Shown here: positions 28,600 to 38,014 of the stretch, one piece after another
How the letters are laid out: the number at the start of each line of letters is the position of its first letter
Position numbering within the stretch: the first letter of the stretch is position 1
Assembly (NCBI GenBank): GCA_964195615.1
Contig: CAXMSB010000159.1
Span: 1,747-65,746 of the forward strand
DNA length: 64,000 nt
DNA from: an uncultured Granulosicoccus sp.
GTDB taxonomy: Bacteria; Planctomycetota; Planctomycetia; Pirellulales; Lacipirellulaceae
Direction of reading: 5' to 3'
Notes under the pieces: model-generated
The model's database searches: none
The model's input: the letters and a program-made list of their open reading frames with translations, nothing else
What the model was told of the DNA's origin: nothing
Program-made: the position numbers and the translations under genes

Positions 28600-28928
28600 A
28601 CGATTGACCTACTCGCTGGGTAGACAACAACTTCGGTCGATGCCAGTTTGCAGGCGCTGCAGAATCCCATGCAGTTGGTACTGATTCGCCTCCGATCGCA
28701 GCCGATCTGGCCAAGGTGATCGAGGCGTGGCCGACACTCCCCGAGGCAACACGAGCGGCCATCTTGCGGCTGATCCACACCTGAGAGACTAGCGCCCGGC
28801 ACCCGTCTGCACGAGTCAGTGGGAGGGCCACCAGATCAACACTTAGGGTCACCCCTGGACTGTCCGCTGAGTCTATGAATACAGGCGCGAAACGCGGCTT
28901 GGGACCCATACACGCGAGAGAGGGGCAT

Positions 28929-29173
28929 TTTTGGATCGCCCCCCACCCCTTCGCGCATCGGTTCCATGGCGTATAGTCTCCCTCTTCCTCGCCACCGGTT
29001 TCCTGCTGGCGTGACGTGTGCGTGACGAAAGCGCCGGCATGGGACCCTAATCCGCTCAGAATCTCAACCGCCCCCTCGGGCCTCTCGGCGCAGGGAAGTT
29101 AGTTGACGGCCACAGCGCGCCGCAGGAAACGTAAGTTCCGTTAAGTGCGGCGGGTGTGCACGCCGCCGCAGGA
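28929..29173 (+). repeat. Left arm of ~245-bp inverted repeat
   Basis: Aligns over its length with the reverse complement of 32605-32850, with scattered mismatches. Confidence 0.95.
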
Positions 29174-29204
29174 AATGGACATTCTCAAATCCCCGTCGGT
29201 CGAT

Positions 29205-29460
29205 GAATCCTTATAGGATCACCAGTACACCGGCTTTGTGCGTCTGGCCAGAACGGAAGCCATTGCCGAGGCCTGGAGTTTTGGCTAGACGGAATCACAA
29301 AGCCGCCGCGATAATCGATTCGAAATGGTAGCCAGCTGGGCGTTACGGATAGATGAATCCAGCTGCTAGACGGCTTTGCACAGACCTCCGAACGCCTGGC
29401 TTGCTTCGCCCCCAACGGATCACTCAGATGTAGCTCTCGAAGCTCGCTATAAGGACTCCG
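29205..29460 (+). ncRNA. Putative IS110 bridge RNA
   Basis: Stems 29231-40/29296-305, 29242-54/29278-90, 29329-39/29359-68, 29209-16/29447-54; 9-nt matches to the junction at 29377-85 and 29423-31. Confidence 0.72.
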
Positions 29461-29518
29461 CCGGACGAAGCACGGCCTACCAACTGACTAGAATCTCATC
29501 AAACAAAGGAATCCAATC

Positions 29519-30793
29519 ATGAGCGATCAACCTCATCAACCGGCCCTGTTCATCGGCATCGACTGGGCAGACCAAAAACACGACTGCTATGTTATTGACC
29601 GTGACGGCCAAGGATCTCACCGAGTCATCTCACACTCTCCGGAAAGCATCAATGCCTGGGTGAATGAAATGCTCAAGCTTGCCAAGGGAAAACCGATTGC
29701 AATTATGCTGGAGCAGTCACGCGGGCCACTGGTGTACACACTGATGTTCCGAGAAAACGTGCTGCTCTACCCGGTCAATCCAAAGCAATTAGCCCGCTAC
29801 CGCGAAAGTTATCCTGGTGGAGGTAAAGATGATCCCACTGATGCCAAGTATCTGGCGAGAATGCTTCGTGAACGCATCACGACACTGACGGCCTGGCAAC
29901 CCGATGACAAAAACACACGTCTGCTAGCTCACTTGTCCGAGCAAAGGCGCAAACTAGTCGGAAGTCAGGTCAAACTTCGACAACAGCTCACCGCCCAATT
30001 AAAGCTGTATTATCCAGTGGTTTTGGAACTCTTTGGCAAGGAATGGCAACTGCCATTGCTGCTGGGGATATTGAGTCGTTGGACCGATCCTCGCCAGCTT
30101 CGTCGTGCTGATCGACGGCTAATTCGTCGCGTCTTGAGCGAACATTCGATACGCAACGACGAACGCCAAGATCAGATCATCGCTCACATTCGTTCGGCCA
30201 GGTTACTGAGCGATGATGAAGCACTCCTTGTGCCGTCGGCAATGAGCGTCAAGCTCTTAGGCAGTCAAATTCGACAATCACGCCAGATGATTAAGGAATT
30301 CGATGCCAAAATTGCTGAACAGATGAAGCAGCATCCCGATGGGCACCTCTTTACAAGCCTACGTGGTGCTGGCGCGGCACTCGCCCCACGATTACTCTGC
30401 GCGTTTGGTTCGCAGCGAGACCGCTGGAAAGATGCCGATAGCTTGGCAGCGTTCAGTGGGATCGCACCGGTCACCAAGAAGAGCGGCAAGCTCTGTCAGG
30501 TGCATCGGCGGTTCGCGTGTCCCAAGTATCTACGCCAAACATTTCATGAGTTTGCCGACAGTGCTCGAATGTATTGTCCGTGGAGCAAGGCCCGCTATCG
30601 CCTGCTGCGGGATCGAGGCATGAAACATCATGCTGCCCTCCGGAAACTTGCCCGCAGCTGGATCCGCATCCTCTTCCGCGTGTGGAAACTCGAACACCCT
30701 TCGATTGCGACCGCTACATCGAACAACTGCAACAACGGTGTCCAGAAATCAAACCGTACTTGGAATTGCAAAAATGACGAAAACAACAACTAA
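29519..30793 (+). CDS. IS110 transposase/recombinase with 1-nt deletion near the C-terminus
   Basis: IGIDWADQKH, MLEQSRG, KDDPTDA, FSGIAPVTKKSGK. The plausible true tail TRTPFDCDRYIEQL (stop 30777) is in another frame after TGGAAA at 30683-30688. Confidence 0.93.
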   Translation: MSDQPHQPALFIGIDWADQKHDCYVIDRDGQGSHRVISHSPESINAWVNEMLKLAKGKPIAIMLEQSRGPLVYTLMFRENVLLYPVNPKQLARYRESYPGGGKDDPTDAKYLARMLRERITTLTAWQPDDKNTRLLAHLSEQRRKLVGSQVKLRQQLTAQLKLYYPVVLELFGKEWQLPLLLGILSRWTDPRQLRRADRRLIRRVLSEHSIRNDERQDQIIAHIRSARLLSDDEALLVPSAMSVKLLGSQIRQSRQMIKEFDAKIAEQMKQHPDGHLFTSLRGAGAALAPRLLCAFGSQRDRWKDADSLAAFSGIAPVTKKSGKLCQVHRRFACPKYLRQTFHEFADSARMYCPWSKARYRLLRDRGMKHHAALRKLARSWIRILFRVWKLEHPSIATATSNNCNNGVQKSNRTWNCKNDENNN

Positions 30794-31017
30794 CCACTTG
30801 CGGAAAGCTCAGATGTCTGTGCAGTTTTGGAGCTTCCTTCTTGCCCTGCGGGGTGCCAACCGAGGGGTTTGCTCAACTTCCGTTTCCTGCGGCGGTCAGA
30901 TTCACCTCCGCCTCTTAATGCATGTCTCCAAGTCGCACAAGTGTGAGCCGTCGACACAATTTGCGTCCTTTGTGGACAGCGTTAGCATGTATCATGAAGG
31001 TGATATACACATTCCCC

Positions 31018-31533
31018 TTAAGTGGGCGGTTCCGACGATTTCGAGGGTCTGGCAAAGCGCCCAATCAACTCAGCACACCACAGGCCTACGAATACTAGGT
31101 AGACGGTGAGTGGCGTCCATATATCGAGCGGCGGATTCGGGGGTAGATTGGCCTGAAGCGTCCCATGCCAACTGTAGGCTAGTAACAACATCGTGGCCGC
31201 GCCGCACCATGTTATCCTCTGTGCCAACATCTGCCGTGTGGTCGCAACTCGTTCTGGCGCCAGCCAATACTCCTTGTGGGGCAAATTGATTAGTGTCGTC
31301 GGTACACGACTCATGAAGAGCGGTGGCACGGCAAGAAACATTAGCACAACCACCCAGGAACCAGCCATCACGCCGACGAATTTCTCCTTCGGCATCCAAC
31401 TGTCCGGCTGGCCCTGAGCATTGAAATGGCTCGCCGCAGGGTCCAGCAACTGCGGATAGTAATAGAAAGTTTCACCGCCGACGACAACGGTCGCCCCAAC
31501 AATCACTAGCCACGGCAACCAACAACGAAACAT
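31018..31533 (-). CDS. DUF1648-type membrane protein
   Basis: ASHFNAQGQPDSW, INLPHKEYWL, three TM segments. Confidence 0.8.
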   Translation of the reverse strand: MFRCWLPWLVIVGATVVVGGETFYYYPQLLDPAASHFNAQGQPDSWMPKEKFVGVMAGSWVVVLMFLAVPPLFMSRVPTTLINLPHKEYWLAPERVATTRQMLAQRITWCGAATMLLLAYSWHGTLQANLPPNPPLDIWTPLTVYLVFVGLWCAELIGRFARPSKSSEPPT

Positions 31534-32604
31534 TGCGACGCCTCACTTCGATAACAACTAGGTTAATCCTCCGCCGGTCTATTCGCCCAGCGGTGCGATA
31601 TCTTGCCAAAATTATCGTGCGGCCCATGCACACCCGCCGTTAGACACGGACGTTGTTGAATTGCTTTCGGCGTGAAACGCCGATGGGGACTTAGAAACTA
31701 GCGTCGGACGATGAAGCCGAAGCGTCAAAGCAATTCGCCAAAACTGCTTCGGTCATTTTGTCCGATGCAGGTTCGGGAATTCGATGTCTGCCCCAGACGG
31801 GACAGTCTGGATCATCGAACCAACTGCCGCTAACACCAGTCGGGCGATTTCACCGACCGCATTTGAGAATAGCCGGCTTCGACGCTTGGAAGGGGGCAAC
31901 CCACCCGTGCATCCAATCGTTAACCTCCAGGGTGCGGCGGTGTGCACAACCGCTGAGCTTAGCGAACGTTCGTTAACCTGCTCACGTGACCGTGTACTAG
32001 CCCGCTAGCAAAATCCCTCGTACCAATAATCTCTGCTGGTTGGTACGCCGTCGCTAGTTTGGTAGTCACCGTTTCTGGCTTCCCAAGTACCAGTTATTAT
32101 AATGCTAGAGTGCCATTCAACTGTTTAACCTCGAAAAGCCGGATTACTCCACGTGAATAAAATCAATAAGTAATGGACCGAGACTGCCGCATCGCGAGAG
32201 TTTGGCATCCCTTCGACGACTTTAAGACATGCCTCGACACGAGGCGACATCGAGACTGCTACGACGGCCTGCGGACTACCATTGCTATATGGTCCATCGA
32301 TTCAGAAATATAAACGGAAATATCGGCCTAACAACAAGATCAGCGGTGTCATCCGCCGTCGCCGTACAGCCGTAAGAAGCAAAGGGTTCATTCACGCAGT
32401 GCCAGATTCATCTATGCCCCAGGGTTCGGCGTTATGTGGATTGAGAGCGTTCTGGGGGCCAGCCATAAAAGGCAATCGCAAAGATACGCAAATCACCTGT
32501 GCTACATGCAAAGGGAGGGCAACGAGCAAGACTGTCTCTTAACCGGTCCTGAGGTCGCTTGCTCGAAACACAGATTGCACACTTCGGTCTTCTTGGCTGC
32601 CGTA

Positions 32605-32850
32605 TCCTGCGGCGGAGTGCACACCCGCTGCACTTAACGGAACCTACGTTTCCTGCGGCGCGCTGTGGCCGTCAACTAACTTCCCTGCGCCAAGAGGCCC
32701 CGAGGGGGCGGTTAAGTTTCTGAGCGGATTCGGGTCCCATGCCGGTGGTTTCGTCACGCACATGTCACGCCGGCTGGAAACCGGTGGCGAGGGGATGGGA
32801 GACTATACGCCATGGAACCGAGGCGCGAAGGGGTACCCCCGGATCCAAAA
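32605..32850 (-). repeat. Right arm of ~245-bp inverted repeat
   Basis: Reverse complement of 28929-29173. Confidence 0.95.
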
Positions 32851-33052
32851 TTCCCCCAGCGCACTTACATGATACCCCTATCCACACGGACAGTTGCAAC
32901 ATGCTTCAACACTCCACGGAAGACGCTCACAGTGACCGCAGCACGTGACTACAGCACACCAAACACCCGATTGTAGCCTCGGCTGCGAACGGACTGGGGT
33001 GGGTGGGTCCCGACACGATGCACTGACGGCGCACGGAGTGGGCCAGCACTCG

Positions 33053-34284
33053 CTAGCCGATCGCCATTGCCACCTCCATCCCCTTGGCAAAGTCACGCTC
33101 GGCGTACACTTGGGTCACGCCCAGCTTACTATGGCCGAGTATCACTCCCGCCGCCTCCAGGCCAAATTCTCGACGGATTTCGGTGGCCGCGGCGTGGCGT
33201 AGCTGGTTGGGTGACCAGTGGTGCTCTGACTGCCACTCGCGAAGTTCCTGCTTCTCGGCTTCGGTGAACTTAGAAAGCAGTTTGTAGCCCAACTTCGGGT
33301 GAGGAAAGGCCTTGTCACACCCGCGATTGATGGCACGGCGATAGCTGCAAGTCGTGTAGCACTCACCCGCTTCTCGCTTGGGATTGCTTTTGCGTCTTCG
33401 TGAGGGGCTCGGTGGAGTTCTTCTGGTGGATCGTGAGCCGGCATAACGCTTGGCCACGCTATCGATGGGTCGGAAGCAGTACATCGAGACATCGCGGGCC
33501 AGATACCGCAAGAGTATCTCCTGCCCCCTCGGCCCGATGGGGATGATTCGGTCACGCCCGTGGTGCTCGGTCTTGTGGGACTCAGGCCGGTATTCCCAAA
33601 CCTCACCGCTGCGGTCGATATCACACGGTCGCATGATACAGACCTCCCCAGGCCGCATCCCCGTCAGACGCTGTAGGCGGGTCATATCGGCCACTATGCT
33701 AAGCATGTGTACTAGGTAGCCGTGGCTACAGCGGCCACTGGGGGGCTCTCAGGGGCCTCTGTGCGGCCCTTCCGCAGGCCATCCACCGTAGATAGCGCCT
33801 GATGGACGCTCGCGGGAACCAATTCCTTGGAAACTCCCCAGCGAAAGACTCGCCGGACCCGGCTGATGGCGCAGTTGATCCCGGACCTACTCCGCCCCGT
33901 GGAAATCAGCCTTTGTCGGACTGCCTCAAGTGCCAGCGGTCCGAACTCCCGGGCGGGGCTATTGCCGTACAGTTCCCGGATTGGGCGCAGGGAGGATTTG
34001 ATTACGGCCACTTCGCTGGTCTGCTCGCCGTTCTTGCGATAGTAGCCCTTGGCGAATTTCCAGTAGCGCAAGAGCAACTCCGCTACGGTGAGGTCACTGT
34101 CCTGCCCACTAGCCAGTCCTCGGCCATTGGCTAGCCACTCTTCTATCAGACGGTCGTACTCACGCTTGCTGGTCTTGGTCCCGTGCCGCCCCAGATAGAT
34201 GTCGCGGCCATTGAGGGTGACAACCGCTTGCCCGCTGGCCCTGTGTTTGCGGTACTTGGGAACAGAATTCGATAGTCTTGGCAT
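33053..34284 (-). pseudogene. Tyrosine integrase split by a frameshift (ORFs 33712-34284 and 33053-33706)
   Basis: N-terminal PKYRKHRASGQAVVTLNGRDIYLG; GMRPGE, HKT, NQLRH, LGHS, TQVY. Confidence 0.92.
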
Positions 34285-34310
34285 CGTGCAGTCTCCTATG
34301 GTTCGGACGC

Positions 34311-34332
34311 CAAAACGGTATATACCGTTTTG
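34311..34332. promoter_or_regulatory. Perfect 22-bp palindrome upstream of integrase (candidate operator)
   Basis: CAAAACGGTATATACCGTTTTG, 27-48 nt before the start codon. Confidence 0.55.
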
Positions 34333-34429
34333 CGCCTCTTAAACAACAGGCTGCACTGCCGACCATCGACAGGTATTTCACTCTGGAAATCAGCGGGTTT
34401 CGTAACTTTCAGTTACCCGCATTCCATTA

Positions 34430-34895
34430 TACAGTTCCCTTGCTGGAGATGAAAGAGGATGCCACGGACCGGCTGGCGGGCGCGTTCGGAAAGCTCATCG
34501 CACTGCGGTTCGGCAAGACAATCCGCGAGCTTGAGCCCGATGCGGTGGTGCCGATCCCCATGCACGTCTGGCGAAGACTGTCGCGTCGGGCGAATCCGCC
34601 CGTTTCGCTGGCGGCGACGATCGGTCGACAGTTGGGTCTGCCAGTCGAGACGAATTTGCTCAGTTGGCAGCGCGACACCTCGGCCCAATTGGGCCTCTCG
34701 CAGCAGGGCCGTTTCCGCAACATGCGGGACGTAATGCGCGTTCGGCCCGGCTATCGGTTGGACGCACCACGACTGCTGCTGGTCGACGACATTCTCACCA
34801 CGGGCGCCACTTGCAGCGAAGCGGCCCGCGTGCTGAAACGGAGCGGCGCCGCGGAGGTCTCCGTGGTGGTCGTGGGCCGAACGCCTATTGTTTGA
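34430..34895 (+). pseudogene. comF: ComF-family protein lacking its N-terminus
   Basis: VVPIPMH, QLGLS..GRFRNM, LLVDDILTTGATCSE; upstream part of the ORF is non-homologous island sequence. Confidence 0.8.
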
Positions 34896-35010
34896 CCCCG
34901 ACGGGTAGTCATAACCGTTAAATTCCTGCTACAAAACAACCTCCGATGGGCTATCATTGAGGGTCCCCGCCAGATCCCCTAACCCAGCCGGCAACTCCCA
35001 GTAGTCCGCC

Positions 35011-35949
35011 ATGGATATTCCTGAATTCTCCGCCGCTTCCAAGCGCCGACCGCTCGACCCGTTTCGTCGTGCCGTGATTCGCGGCTTGGGGGTGTTGCTG
35101 CCGCCGCTGTTGACGATCGTCATTTTTGTTTGGATCGGCAACACCGTGGCCAACTACGTGTTGGGGCCGATGGAAGCTGGCTCCCGTCGCGTTCTGGTTG
35201 CCCACTACCAGGATCGGATTCTGCCAGAGAATAGTATTCCCGAGGAGCAGTTAACCGACGGTAGGGCGCAGCTCGACGGCGTGCTCTATCAGCAAACCGC
35301 CGACGGACGCTTCGTACCCGCGGAAGACTACGAATATGTCGAGCAGGCACTGGAACCGCTGTCCGTGCCAGAGAAAGCCAACGAGATCTACGGCGACTTC
35401 GTCGACCAGAAATTTCTCCAGCCGCATGTGGTGATCCCGCTGTTTCTGTGTGTCTTTCTGCTGGTGTTGTATCTGCTGGGAAGATTCCTGGCGGCTGGCG
35501 TGGGCCGATTCTTCTGGATGCAGTTTGAACGAATCATCAATCGGCTGCCGCTGATTCGTAACGTCTACTCGTCAGTCAAGCAGGTGACCGATTTCCTGTT
35601 CAGCGAACGGGAGATCGAGTACACGCGCGTCGTGGCGATCGAGTATCCCCGCAAGGGAATCTGGACGATCGCCATGGTCACGGGCGAGAGCCTGCTCGAC
35701 ATCCGCTGTGCGGCCAACGAACCGGTGCTGTCGCTGTTGGTGCCGACCTCGCCGATGCCTTTTACCGGGTTTACGGTCACGGTGAGGAAAAGTGCAACGA
35801 TCGACCTGGACATCACGATCGACCCGGCGTTCCAGTTCATCGTCAGTTGCGGCGTGGTGGTGCCATCGCCGCAGATTTCGCAGGCTCTGGCGGATCGCGA
35901 ACAGTCGCAACAGTCCGCTTCCTCGCTCTCCGCGCCGGTTGGCGAGTAG
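35011..35949 (+). CDS. DUF502 membrane protein
   Basis: GLGVLLPPLLT, RLPLIRNVYSSVKQV, VAIEYPRKG, VPTSPMPFTG. Confidence 0.9.
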   Translation: MDIPEFSAASKRRPLDPFRRAVIRGLGVLLPPLLTIVIFVWIGNTVANYVLGPMEAGSRRVLVAHYQDRILPENSIPEEQLTDGRAQLDGVLYQQTADGRFVPAEDYEYVEQALEPLSVPEKANEIYGDFVDQKFLQPHVVIPLFLCVFLLVLYLLGRFLAAGVGRFFWMQFERIINRLPLIRNVYSSVKQVTDFLFSEREIEYTRVVAIEYPRKGIWTIAMVTGESLLDIRCAANEPVLSLLVPTSPMPFTGFTVTVRKSATIDLDITIDPAFQFIVSCGVVVPSPQISQALADREQSQQSASSLSAPVGE

Positions 35950-36034
35950 CGATTGCTGGCAAGCGATTGACGCTCTACGATAGAGGCTTCCTCCGTCGTT
36001 TCCGCTTGGCACCTTGGGTTGAGATTGACCACTC

Positions 36035-36958
36035 GTGACAGCTCCCCGCGTTCGCATCGGCACTCGTGCAAGCCAATTGGCCCAATGGCAGGCCAACTGG
36101 GTGGCTGACGAGCTGCGCAAGTTGGGCGCCTCGGTCGAATTGGTCGAGATCGCCACCAGCGGCGACGTCCAGCAGGTCGGGCCGATTGCTGGCATCGGGC
36201 TGCAGGGTGTCTTTACCAAGGAGATCCAAGCGGCACTGCTCAACCAGCAGGTCGACGTCGCCGTGCATAGCCTCAAAGATCTTCCCACTGAAACGGTGGG
36301 CGGCCTGATGCTCGCGGCCGTGCCCCGGCGTGAAAGCTCTGCCGACGCTCTGGTTTCCAACACGGCACAAGCGCTCGCCGAGTTATCCCCAGGTGCCCGC
36401 GTGGGAACCGGCAGCCACCGCCGTCAGGCACAACTGAGACACTTGCGGCCTGATCTGCAGGTGGTTGGCATTCGTGGGAACGTTGACACTCGCCTACGCA
36501 AACTCGACGAGGAGCAGTACGACGCGATCATCCTTGCCGCAGCCGGCTTGCGGCGTCTCGGTTGGGAAGGTCGCATCCGAGAACTGCTCGAGCCGCCGCG
36601 GATGTTGCCCTCGCCAGGGCAGGGGGCTTTGGGGCTGGAATGTCGCGCGGCTGACTCCGCCTCGGGAGTGCTTCTTGCTGAACTGGACCATCTACCCTCG
36701 CATCAGGCCGTGACTGCGGAACGCTCGATGCTGGCGCTGCTACATGCCGGTTGTTCGGCGCCAGTGGGCGCTTGGGGACGGATCGAAGGGGCCGAGCTCG
36801 TGCTGGACGGGTTGGTTGCCAATCTGGAGGGGACGCAGGTGTTGCGAGCCTCGGCTCGTGGCGAAACCGCAAGCGGAGATCAGCTTGGTCAGAGGGTCGC
36901 GGAGGACTTGCTTGAGCAGGGGGCCGCGGCGATCGTGGAAGCGGCACGAGATGCTTAA
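36035..36958 (+). CDS. hemC: Hydroxymethylbilane synthase
   Basis: IGTRASQLA, GVFTKE, AVHSLKDLP, GTGSHRR, RGNVDTRL, GCSAPVG. Confidence 0.97.
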   Translation: MTAPRVRIGTRASQLAQWQANWVADELRKLGASVELVEIATSGDVQQVGPIAGIGLQGVFTKEIQAALLNQQVDVAVHSLKDLPTETVGGLMLAAVPRRESSADALVSNTAQALAELSPGARVGTGSHRRQAQLRHLRPDLQVVGIRGNVDTRLRKLDEEQYDAIILAAAGLRRLGWEGRIRELLEPPRMLPSPGQGALGLECRAADSASGVLLAELDHLPSHQAVTAERSMLALLHAGCSAPVGAWGRIEGAELVLDGLVANLEGTQVLRASARGETASGDQLGQRVAEDLLEQGAAAIVEAARDA

Positions 36959-37185
36959 CTCGTCGTGCTAGCGGCAACCTCTGCCGATCTTCGACCCTCG
37001 GAAGCGGCAGGCTCTGCCGGATCGTCGCGCCAGCATCATTGGGGCGCGATTCTCGCTGGCTCCGTAACACTCTACCCGGCTAGTACTTATGCCCAGGCGC
37101 AAGAATTACCACCTAGTTGGCACGGCGCGTGCGTAGACGTTCGTCGATGGCAGGGGGGCGCACCTGCAATCCCCAATGGGCGATC

Positions 37186-37941
37186 ATGCCATACGGAATG
37201 TACCTCTCGGCCGAAGGCGCCAAGGCTCAGGCACAGCGTCTGGAGTTTATCGCCAACAATCTGGCCAACGTCGACACGCCCGGCTTCAAACGCGACGTGC
37301 CAACCTTTCAGGCCCGATTTGCCGAGGCGATTCAGCGTGGCGAAGACTATCCGGGCAGCAAGTCACAGAACGACATCGGTGGCGGCGTGAAGCTGATGGG
37401 AGTCGAGACCGACTTTTCCCACGCCACGCTCCGCAGCACCAGCGTCGGCACCGATCTGGCGATCAACGGAGACGGATTTTTTTCGGTCCGCGGCGAGGGC
37501 GGAGAGGATTTCCTCACTCGCGCGGGGAACTTCATGGTCGACGCCACAGGCCGCATGGTCACGCAGACCGGCAAGTTCTCGGTGCTGGACGACGGAGGTG
37601 GCGAGATCAAGCTCGACCCCGAACTTCCCTGGGAAATTATGTCGGGCGGCGTCATCGAACAGGCCGGCCAGAGAATCGCCATCGGACTGGAACGGCCCCA
37701 ATCGCTCGGCGATTTGGTCAAGGTCGGCAGCAACATGTTCCGCTCCTTGGGCCCCGTCGAGACGGTTGCCGAGGGCGATCGCAACATTCGCCAAGGTTAC
37801 CTCGAAATGTCGGGCGTGAGCTCGACTCGCGAGATGATGTCGATGATCGAAACATCACGGGCTTTCGAAGCGAACACCAAGTTGATTCAGCATCAGGATG
37901 GGATGTTGAGCCAATTGTTGAGTCGGGTGTTGGCTTCGTAA
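37186..37941 (+). CDS. flgF: Flagellar basal-body rod protein FlgF
   Basis: ANNLANVDTPGFK, DLAING.GFF, TRAGNF; precedes flgG. Confidence 0.88.
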   Translation: MPYGMYLSAEGAKAQAQRLEFIANNLANVDTPGFKRDVPTFQARFAEAIQRGEDYPGSKSQNDIGGGVKLMGVETDFSHATLRSTSVGTDLAINGDGFFSVRGEGGEDFLTRAGNFMVDATGRMVTQTGKFSVLDDGGGEIKLDPELPWEIMSGGVIEQAGQRIAIGLERPQSLGDLVKVGSNMFRSLGPVETVAEGDRNIRQGYLEMSGVSSTREMMSMIETSRAFEANTKLIQHQDGMLSQLLSRVLAS

Positions 37942-38014
37942 GTGCGCCGGGGTCGGGGACGACCAGGCTCGCTGAGTTATTTAATGTTGGAAAACTGATT
38001 AGGGACTGAAAATC

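Larger units (their letters stand above)
29201..30814 (+). mobile_element. IS110-family element, GT core at 29199-29200 and 30815-30816
   Basis: DEDD transposase, long 5' non-coding end; removing the element restores a palindrome. Confidence 0.8.
26700..34430. mobile_element. Decayed integrative genomic island (boundaries approximate)
   Basis: Integrase pseudogene, tRNA-end remnant, HTH remnant, IS110, gene fragments; visibly more AT-rich than flanks (by eye, not computed). Confidence 0.85.

Noticed and set aside
28560-28660. Complete tRNA gene
   Set aside because: Only the T-arm and 3' acceptor strand are present.
29322-29328. GAAATGG match to the left flank (29172-78) as a guide
   Set aside because: A 7-mer is plausible by chance and does not abut the GT core.
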